Origin: Eledone cirrhosa | Lineage: Eukaryota | Direction of reading: 5' to 3' | NCBI GenBank assembly: GCA_964016885.1 | Contig: OZ024741.1 | Location: forward strand, 262,446,001-262,510,000 | DNA: 64,000 nt | Shown: piece after piece, positions 1 to 10,424 of the stretch | Layout of the letters: the number at the start of each line of letters is the position of its first letter | How positions within the stretch are numbered: position 1 is the first letter of the stretch | Program-made: the position numbers and the translations under genes | Notes under the pieces: model-generated | The model's input: only the letters and a program-made list of their open reading frames with translations | Database searches by the model: none | What the model was told of the DNA's origin: nothing

Positions 1-2914
1 TTCGACTTACGAGTGCTCTGACTTACGAGTGTTCTGACTTACGAGTGTTCCGACTTGCGGGTGTTCTGACTTACGAGTGTTCCGACTTACGAGTGTTTCG
101 ACTTATGAGTGTTTCGGCTTACGAGCGTTTCGACTACGAGTGTTTCGACTTACGAATGTTTTTGCTTACGAGTGTTTCGACTTACGAATGTTTTTGCTTA
201 CGAATGTTTTTGCTTACGAGTGTTCTGACTTACGAGTGTTTTGACTTACGAGTGTTCCGACTTACGAGTGTTTTGGTTTACGTGTGTTTCGACTTACGAA
301 TGTTTCGGCTTACGAGTGTTTCGACTTACGAGTGTTCCGACCTACGAGTGTTTCGGCTACGGATGTTCCGACTTACGAGTATTTTCGGCTTACGAGTGTT
401 TCGACTTACGAGTGTTTTGACTTACGGGTGTTTCGACTTACGAGTGTTTTGGTTTACGTGTGTTTCGACTTACGAATGTTTCGGCTTACGAGTGTTTCGA
501 TTTACGAGTGTTTCGACTTACGGTTGTTCTGACTTACGGGTATTCCGACTTACGAGTGATTTGGCATACGAGTGTTTCGACTTACGAGTGTTTTCGGCTT
601 ACGAGTGTTTCGACTTACGAGTGTTTTGACTTACGATTGTTTCGGCTTACGAGTGTTTCGACTTACGAGTGTTTCGGCAAACGAGTGTTTCGTCTTATGA
701 GTGTTTTGACTTAAGGGTGTTTCGACGAGTGTTTCCTTACGAGTGTTTCGACTTACGGGTGTTTTGACATACGAGTGTTTCGACTAACTAATGTTTTTAC
801 TTACGAGTGTTTCGGCGTACGAATGTTTTGACTTACGGGTGTTTCGGCTTACCAGTGTTTCGACTTACGAGTCTTTCGGCTTACGAGTGTTTCGACTTAC
901 TAATGTTTTTACTTACGAGTGTTTCGGCGTACGAGTGTTTCGACTTACGAGTGTTTCGACTTACGGGTGTTTTGACTTACGGGTGTTTCGGCTTACGAGT
1001 GTTTCGACTTACGAGTGTTTTGACTTAAGGGTGTTTCGACTTACGAGTATTTTTGGCTTACGAGTGTTTCGACTTACGAGTGTTTTGACTTACGAGTGAT
1101 CTGATTTACAGATGTTTCGACATACGAGTGTTTCGACTTACGAGTGTTTCGACTTACGAGTGTTTTGACTTACGATTGTTTCGGCTTACGAGTGTTTCGA
1201 CTTACGAGTGTTTCGGCTTACGAGTGTTTCGGCTTATGAGTGTTTTGACTTAAGGGTGTTTCGACGAGTGTTTCGATACGAGTGATTCGACTTACGGGTG
1301 TTCTGACTTACGAGTGTTCTGATTTACGGATGTTTCGAATTATGAGTGTTTCGACTACGAGTGTTTCGACTTACGAGTGTTTCGACTACGAGTGTTTTGA
1401 CTTACGAGTGTTCTGACTTACGAGTGTTCTGACTTACGGGTGTTCTGACTTACGAGTGTTCCGACTTACGAGTGTTTCGGCTTATGAGTGTTTCGGCTTA
1501 CGAGCGTTTCGACTAGGAGTGTTTCGACTTACGAATGTTTTTGCTAACGAGTGTTTCGACTTACGAGTGTTTCGACTTACAAGTGTTTCGACTTACGTGT
1601 GTTTTGACTTACGGTGTTTCGGCTTACGAGTGTTTCGACATACGAGTGTTTTTGACTTACCGGTGTTTCGACTTACGGGTGTTTCGACTTACGAGAGTTT
1701 CGACTTACGAGTGTTCTGACTTACGAGTGTTCTGACTTACGAGTGTTCCGACTTGCGAGTGTTTCGGCCTACGAGTGTTTCGACATGCGAGTTTTTTGAC
1801 TTACGGATGTTTCGTCTTACGGGTGTTTCGACTCACGAGTGTTTCTACTTACGAGTGTTTCGACTTACGAGTGTTCCGACTTACGAGTGTTTTGACTTAC
1901 GAGTGTTCCGACTTACGAGTGTTTCGGCTTACGAGTGTTTCGGCTCACGGGTGTTCCGACTTACGAGTGTTCCGACTTACGAGTGTTTCGGCTACGGATG
2001 TTCCGACTTACGAGTATTTTCGGCTTACGAGTGTTTTGACTTACGATTGTTTTGACTTACGGGTATTTCGGCTTACGAGTGTTTCGACTTACGAATGTTT
2101 CGGCTTACGAGTGTTTCGACTTACGAGTGTTTTGACTTACGGGTGTTTCGACTTACGAGTGTTTTGGTTTACGTGTATTTCGACTTACGAATGTTTCGGC
2201 TTACGAGTGTTTCGACTTACGAGTGTTTAAACTTACGAGTGTTTTGACTTACGGGTGTTTCGACTTACGAGTGTTTTGGTTTACGTGTGTTTCGACTTAC
2301 GAATGTTTCGACTTACGAGTGTTTTGACTTACGATTGTTTCGGATTACGAGTGTTTCGACTTACGAGTGTTTCGGCTTACGAGTGTTTCGGCTTACGAGT
2401 GTTTTGACTTAAGGGTGTTTCGACGAGTGTTTCGATACGAGTGTTTCGACTTACGGGTGTTCTGACTTACGAGTGTTCTGATTTACGGATGTTTCGACTT
2501 ATGAGTGTTTCGACTACGAGTGTTTCGACTTACGAGTGTTTCGACTACGAGTGTTTCGACTTACGAGTGTTCTGACTTACAAGTGTTCTGACTTACGAGT
2601 GTTCCGACTTACGAGTGTTTCGGCTTACGAGTGTTTCGGCTTACGTGTGTTTCGGCTTACGAGTGTTTCGACTTACGAGTGTTCCGACTTACGAGTGTTT
2701 CGACTTACGAGTGTTTTGGCTTACGGTGTTTCGGCTTACGAATGTTTTGACTTACGAGTGTTTTGACTTACGGGTGTTTTGACATACGAGTGTTTCGATA
2801 CGAGTGTTCTGACTTACGAGTGTTCTGACTTACGAGTGTTCTGACTTACGAGTGTTCCGACTTACGAGTGTTTCGGCTCAAGAGTGTTTCGGCTTACGAG
2901 TGTTTCGACTACGA

Positions 2915-2983
2915 AAATAACAAATAGACGCGGTTTCAAATCTCTATGCTTTTAAAGTTCATTACATTAATCTTTATTTATAC
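2915..2983. repeat. 69-bp AT-rich spacer, class S1
   Basis: aaataacaaatagacgcggtttcaaatctctatgcttttaaagttcattacattaatctttatttatac; about 25% GC versus 44% for the monomer. Confidence 0.95.
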
Positions 2984-4854
2984 GTTTCGCTTTACGAATG
3001 TTTCGACTTACGAGTGTTTCGACTTACGAGTGTTTCGGCTTACGAGTGTTTTGACTTACGAGATTTTTTACTTACGGGTGTTTCGACTTACGCGTGTTTC
3101 GGCTTACGAATGTTTTGACTTACGAGTGTTTTGACTTACAGGTATTTTGACATACGAGTGTTTCGATACGAGTGTTTCGACTTATGAGTCTTCTGACTTA
3201 CGAGTGTTTCGACTTACGAGTGTTTCGACTTACGAGTGTTTCGGCTTACGAGTGTTTCGGCTCACGAGTGTTTCGACTTACGAGTGTTTCGACTTACGAG
3301 TGTTTTGACTTACGGGTGTTTCGACTTACGAGTGTTTTGGTTTACGTGTGTTTCGACTTACGAATGTTTCGGCTTACGAGTGTTTCGACTTACGAGTGTT
3401 TCGACTTACGAGTGTTTTGACTTACGGGTGTTTCGACTTACGAGTGTTTTGGTTTACGTGTGTTTCGACTTACGAATGTTTCGGCTTACGAGTGTTTCGA
3501 CTTACGAGTGTTTCGACTTACGGTTGTTCTGACTTACGGGTATTCCGACTTACGAGTGATTTGGCATACGAGTGTTTCGACTTACGAGTGTTTTCGGCTT
3601 ACGAGTGTTTCGACTTACGAGTGTTTTGACTTACGATTGTTTCGGCTTACGAGTGTTTCGACTTACGAGTGTTTCGGCTTACGAGTGTTTCGGCTTATGA
3701 GTGTTTTGACTTAAGGGTGTTTCGACGAGTGTTTCGATACGAGTGTTTCGACATGCGAGTTTTTTGACTTACGGATGTTTCGACTTACGGGTGTTTCGAC
3801 TCACGAGTGTTTCTACTTACGAGTGTTTCGACTTACGAGTGTTCCGACTTACGAGTGTTTTGACTTACGAGTGTTCCGACTTACGAGTGTTTCGGCTTAC
3901 GAGTGTTTCGGCTCACGAGTGTTCCGACTTACGAGTGTTCCGACTTACGAGTGTTTCGGCTACGGATGTTCCGACTTACGAGTATTTTCGGCTTACGAGT
4001 GTTTTGACTTACGATTGTTTTGACTTACGGGTATTTCGGCTTACGAGTGTTTCGACTTACGAGTGTTTCGACTTACGAGTGTTTTGACTTACGGGTGTTT
4101 CGACTTACGAGTGTTTTGGTTTACGTGTGTTTCGACTTACGAATGTTTCGGTTTACGAGTGTTTCGACTTACGAGTGTTTTGACTTACGGGTGTTTCGAC
4201 TTACGAGTGTTTTGGTTTACGAGTGTTTCGACTTACGAATGTTTCGTCTTACGAGTGTTTCGACTTACGAGTGTTTAAACTTACGAGTGTTTTGACTTAC
4301 GGGTGTTTCGACTTACGAGTGTTTTGGTTTACGTGTGTTTCGACTTACGAGTGTTTCGACTTACGAGTGTTTCGACTTACGAGTGTTTTGACTTACGGGT
4401 GTTTCGACTTACGAGTGTTTTGGTTTACGTGTGTTTCGACTTACGAGTGTTTCGACTTACGAGTGTTTTGACTTACGATTGTTTCGGCTTACGAGTGTTT
4501 CGACTTACGAGTTTTTCGGCTTACGAGTGTTTCGGCTTACGAGTGTTTTGACTTAAGGGTGTTTCGACGAGTGTTTCGATACGAGTGTTTCGACTTACGG
4601 GTGTTCTGACTTACGAGTGTTCTGATTTACGGATGTTTCGAATTATGAGTGTTTCGACTACGAGTGTTTCGACTTACGAGTGTTTCGACTACGAGTGTTT
4701 CGACTTACGAGTGTTCTGACTTACGAGTGTTCTGACTTACGAGTGTTCTGACTTACGAGTGTTCCGACTTACGAGTGTTTCGGCTTACGAGTGTTTTGGC
4801 TTACGTGTGTTTCGGCTTACGAGTGTTTCGACTTACGAGTGTTTCGACTTACGC

Positions 4855-4923
4855 AAATAACAAATAGACGCGGTTTCAAATCTCTATGCTTTTCAAGTTC
4901 ATTACATTAATCTTTATTTATAT
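4855..4923. repeat. 69-bp AT-rich spacer, class S2
   Basis: Same spacer; cttttcaagttc, ends tttatat. Confidence 0.95.
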
Positions 4924-7504
4924 GTTTCGCTTTACGAATGTTTCAACTTACGAGTGTTTCGACTTACGAGTGTGTCGGCATACGAGTGTTTTGACTTACG
5001 AGATTTTTTACTTACGGGTGTTTCGACTTACGCGTGTTTCGGCTTACGAATGTTTTGACTTACGAGTGTTTTGACTTACGGGTGTTTTGACATGCGAGTG
5101 TTTCGATACGAGTGTTTCGACTCACGAGTGTTCTGACTTACGAGTGTTTTGACTTACGGTGTTTCGGTTTACGTGTGTTTCGACTTACGAGTGTTTTGAC
5201 TTACGGGTGTTTTGACATACGAGTGTTTCGATACGAGTGTTCTGACTTACGAGTGTTCTGACTTACGAGTGTTCTGACTTACGGGTGTTCTGACTTACGA
5301 GTGTTCCGACTTACGAGTGTTTCGACTTATGAGTGTTTCGGCTTACGAGCGTTTCGACTACGAGTGTTTCGACTTACGAATGTTTTTGCTTACGAGTGTT
5401 TCGACTTACGAATGTTTTTGCTTACGAATGTTTTTGTTTACGAGTGTTCCGACCTACGAGTGTTTCGGCTACGGATGTTCCGACTTACGAGTATTTTCGG
5501 CTTACGAGTGTTTCGACTTACGAGTGTTTTGACTTACGGGTGTTTCGACTTACGAGTGTTTTGGTTTACGTGTGTTTCGACTTACGAATGTTTCGGCTTA
5601 CGAGTGTTTCGATTTACGAGTGTTTCGACTTACGGTTGTTCTGACTTACGGGTATTCCGACTTACGAGTGATTTGGCATACGAGTGTTTCGACTTACGAG
5701 TGTTTTCGGCTTACGAGTGTTTCGACTTACGAGTGTTTTGACTTACGATTGTTTCGGCTTACTAGTGTTTCGACTTACGAGTGTTTCGGCTTACGAGTGT
5801 TTCGTCTTATGAGTGTTTTGACTTAAGGGTGTTTCGACGAGTGTTTCCTTACGAGTGTTTCGACTTACGGGTGTTCTGACTTACGAGTGTTCTGATTTAC
5901 GGATGTTTCGAATTATGACTGTTTCGACTACGAGTGTTTCGACTTACGAGTGTTTCGACTACGAGTGTTTCGACTTACGAGTGTTCTGACTTACGAGTGT
6001 TCTGACTTACGGGTGTTCTGACTTACGAGTGTTCCGACTTACGAGTGTTTCGTCTTATGAGTGTTTCGGCTTACGAGCGTTTCGACTACGAGTGTTTCGA
6101 CTTACGAATGTTTTTGCTAACGAGTGTTTCGACTTACGAATGTTTTTGCTTACGAGTGTTTCGGCTTACGAGTGTTTCGACTTACAAGTGTTTCGACTTA
6201 CGAGTGTTTTGACTTACGGTGTTTCGGCTTACGAGTGTTTCGACATACGAGTGTTTTGACTTACCGGTGTTTCGACTTACGGGTGTTTCGACTTACGAGA
6301 GTTTCGACTTACGAGTGTTCTGACTTACGAGTGTTCTGACTTACGAGTGTTCCGACTTGCGAGTGTTTCGGGTTACGAGTGTTTCGACATGCGTTTTTTT
6401 TTACTTACGGATGTTTCGACTTACGGGTGTTTCGACTCACGAGTGTTTCTACTTACGAGTGTTTCGACTTACGAGTGTTCCGACTTACGAGTGTTTTAAC
6501 TTACGAGTGTTCCGACTTACGAGTGTTTCGGCTTACGAGTGTTTCGGCTCACGAGTGTTTCGACTTAGGAGTGTTCCGACTTACGAGTGTTTCGGCTACG
6601 GATGTTCCGACTTACGAGTATTTTCGGCTTACGAGTGTTTTGACTTACGATTGTTTTGACTTACGGGTATTTCGGCTTACGAGTGTTTCGACTTACGGTT
6701 GTTCTGACTTACGGGTATTCCGACTTACGATTGATTTGGCATACGAGTGTTTCGACTTACGAGTGTTTTCGGCTTACGAGTGTTTCGACTTACGAGTGTT
6801 TTGACTTACGATTGTTTCGGCTTACGAGTGTTTAGACTTACGAGTGTTTCGGCTTACGATTGTTTCGTCTTATGAGTGTTTTGACTTAAGGGTGTTTCGA
6901 CGAGTGTTTCGATACGAGTGTTTCGATTTACGGGTGTTCTGACTTACGAGTGTTCTGACTTACGGGTGTTCTGACTTACGAGTGTTCCGACTTACGAGTG
7001 TTTCGGCTTATGAGTGTTTCGGCTTACGAGCGTTTCGACTACGCGTGTTTCGACTTACGAATGTTTTTGCTAACGAGTGTTTCGACTTACGAATGTTTTT
7101 GCTTACGAGTGTTTCGGCTTACGAGTGTTTCGACTTACAAGTATTTCGACTTACGAGTGTTCTGACTTACGAGTGTTCTGACTTACGAGTGTTCCGACTT
7201 ACGAGTGTTTCGGCTTACGAGTGTTTCGGCTTACGTGTGTTTCGGCTTACGAGTGTTTCGACTTACGAGTGTTCCGACTTACGAGTGTTTCGACTTACGA
7301 GTGTTTTGGCTTACGGTGTTTCGGCTTACGAATGTTTTGACTTACGAGTGTTTTGACTTACGGGTGTTTTGACATACGAGTGTTTCGATACGAGTGTTCT
7401 GACTTACGAGTGTTCTGACTTACGAGTGTTCTGACTTACGAGTGTTCCGACTTACGAGTGTTTCGGCTCAAGAGTGTTTCGGCTTACGAGTGTTTCGACT
7501 ACGA

Positions 7505-7573
7505 AAATAACAAATAGACGCGGTTTCAAATCTCTATGCTTTTAAAGTTCATTACATTAATCTTTATTTATAC
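7505..7573. repeat. 69-bp AT-rich spacer, class S3
   Basis: Same spacer; cttttaaagttc; distinguished from S1 by wider flanks. Confidence 0.95.
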
Positions 7574-10355
7574 GTTTCGCTTTACGAATGTTTCGACTTA
7601 CGAGTGTTTCGACTTACGAGTGTTTCGGCTTACGAGTGTTTCGGCTCACGAGTGTTTCGACTTACGAGTGTTTCGACTTACGAGTGTTTTGACTTACGTG
7701 TGTTTCGACTTACGAGTGTTTTGGTTTACGTGTGTTTCGACTTACGAATGTTTCGGCTTACGAGTGTTTCGACTTACGAGTGTTTTGACTTACGGGTGTT
7801 TCGACTTACGAGTGTTTTGGTTTACGTGTGTTTCGACTTACGAATGTTTCGGCTTACGAGTGTTTCGACTTACGAGTGTTTCGACTTACGGTTGTTCTGA
7901 CTTACGGGTATTCCGACTTACGAGTGATTTGGCATACGAGTGTTTCGACTTACGAGTGTTTTCGGCTTACGAGTGTTTCGACTTACGAGTGTTTCGACTT
8001 ACGAATGTTTCGACATGCGAGTTTTTTTACTTACGGATGTTTCGACTTACGGGTGTTTCGACTCACGAGTGTTTCTACTTACGAGTGTTTCGACTTACGA
8101 GTGTTCCGACTTACGAGTGTTTTGACTTACGAGTGTTCCGACTTACGAGTGTTTCGGCTTACGAGTGTTTCGGCTCACGAGTGTTCCGACTTACGAGTGT
8201 TCCGACTTACGAGTGTTTCGGCTACGGATGTTCCGACTTACGAGTATTTTCGGCTTACGAGTGTTTTGACGTACGATTGTTTTGACTTACGGGTATTTCG
8301 GCTTACGAGTGTTTCGACTTACGAGTGTTTCGACTTACGAGTGTTTTGACTTACGGGTGTTTCGACTTACGAGTGTTTTGGTTTACGTGTGTTTCGACTT
8401 ACGAATGCTTCGGTTTACGAGTGTTTCGACTTACGAGTGTTTTGACTTACGGGTGTTTCGACTTACGAGTGTTTTGGTTTACGAGTGTTTCGACTTACGA
8501 ATGTTTCGTCTTACGAGTGTTTCGACTTACGAGTGTTTAAACTTGCGAGTGTTTTGACTTACGGGTGTTTCGACTTACGAGTGTTTTGGTTTACGTGTGT
8601 TTCGACTTACGAGTGTTTCGACTTACGAGTGTTTCGACTTACGAGTGTTTTGACTTACGGGTGTTTCGACTTACGAGTGTTTTGGTTTACGTGTGTTTCG
8701 ACTTACGAATGTTTCGACTTACGAGTGTTTTGACTTACGATTGTTTCGGCTTACGAGTGTTTCGACTTACGAGTGTTTCGGCTTACGAGTGTTTCGGCTT
8801 ACGAGTGTTTCGGCTTACGAGTGTTTCGACTTACGGGTGTTCTGGCTTACGAGTGTTCTGATTTACGGATGTTTCGACTTATGAGTGTTTCGACTACGAG
8901 TGTTTCGACTTACGAGTGTTTCGACTACGAGTGTTTCGACTTACGAGTGTTTCGACTTACGAGTGTTCTGATACGAGTGTTCTGACTTACGAGTGTTCCG
9001 ACTTACGAGTGTTTCGGCTTACGAGTGTTTCGGCTTACGTGTGTTTCGACTTACGAGTGTTTTGGCTTACGGTGTTTCGGCTTACGAATGTTTTGACTTA
9101 CGAGTGTTTTGACTTACGAGTGTTCCGACTTACGGGTGTTTCGACTTACGAGTGTTTTGACTTACGAGTGTTTTGACTTACGAGTGTTCCGACTTACGAG
9201 TGTTTCGGCTTACGAGTGTTTCGGCTCACGAGTGTTTCGACTTACGAGTGTTTTGAATTACGAATGTTTTGCCTTACGGGTGTTTCGGTTTACGGGTGTT
9301 TTGACTTACGAGTGTTCTGACTTACGAGTGTTCCGGCTTACGAGTGTTTCGGCTTACGAGTGTTTTGGTTTACGTGTGTTTCGACTTACGAATGTTTCGG
9401 CTTACGAGTGTTTCGACTTACGAGTGTTCCGACCTACGAGTGTTTCGGCTACGGATGTTCCGACTTACGGGTGTTTCGGCTTATGAGTGTTTCGAATTAC
9501 GAGTGTTTTGACTTACGGGTGTTTCGACTTACGAGTGTTTTGGTTTACGTGTGTTTCGACTTACGAATGTTTCGGCTTACGAGTGTTTCGACTTACGAGT
9601 GTTTAAACTTACGAGTGTTTTGACTTACGGGTGTTTCGACTTACGAGTGTTTTGGTTTACGTGTGTTTCGACTTACAAATGTTTCGACTTACGAGTGTTT
9701 TGACTTACGATTGTTTCGGCTTACGAGTGTTTCGACTTACGAGTGTTTCGGCTTACGAGTGTTTCGGCTTACGAGTGTTTTGACTTAAGGGTGTTTCGAC
9801 GAGTGTTTCGATACGAGTGTTTTGACTTACGATTGTTTCGGCTTACGAGTGTTTCGACTTACGAGTGTTTTGACTTACGATTGTTTCGACTTACGAGTGT
9901 TTTGACTTACGAGTGTTTCGGCTTATGAGTGTTTCGACTTACGAGTGTTTTGACTTACGGGTGTTTCGACTACGAGTGTTTCGACTTACGAGTGTTCTGA
10001 CTTACGAGTGTTCTGACTTACGAGTGTTCCGACTTACGAGTGTTTCGGCTTACGAGTGTTTCGGCTTACGTGTGTTTCTTCTTACGAGTGTTTCGACTTA
10101 CGAGTGTTCCGACTTACGAGTGTTTCGACCTACGAGTGTTTTGACTTACGGTGTTTCGGCTTACGAATGTTTTGACTTACGAGTGTTTTGACTTACGGGT
10201 GTTTTGACATACGAGTGTTTCGATACGAGTGTTCTGACTTATGAGTGTTCTGACTTACGATTGTTCTGACTTACGAGTGTTCTGACTTACGAGTGTTCCG
10301 ACTTACGAGTGTTTCGGCTCACGAGTGTTTCGGCTTACGAGTGTTTCGACTACGA

Positions 10356-10424
10356 AAATAACAAATAGACGCGGTTTCAAATCTCTATGCTTTTCAAGTT
10401 CATTACATTAATCTTTATTTATAC
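10356..10424. repeat. 69-bp AT-rich spacer, class S4
   Basis: Same spacer; cttttcaagttc, ends tttatac. Confidence 0.95.

Noticed and set aside
2915-2983. Spacer as a tRNA, snRNA or spliced-leader gene fragment
   Set aside because: No cloverleaf, Pol III A/B boxes or recognisable leader sequence seen; an Rfam search would be needed to exclude it fully.
2910-2984. Spacer as an independently inserting MITE with a TACG target-site duplication
   Set aside because: All copies sit at the same monomer position with the same degenerate right flank, implying one insertion later co-amplified. The monomer does not resume correctly after the second TACG, and the inverted ends are only 6 bp.
460-3714. 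Exactly 3,000-bp offset between 460-714 and 3460-3714 suggesting an artificial construct
   Set aside because: The copies differ by SNPs and the same cassette recurs at many non-round offsets, so this is coincidence.
4916-4927. Near match to the budding-yeast ARS consensus at the end of S2 spacers
   Set aside because: Imperfect match, present in only one spacer class, expected in AT-rich DNA, and nothing indicates a yeast host.
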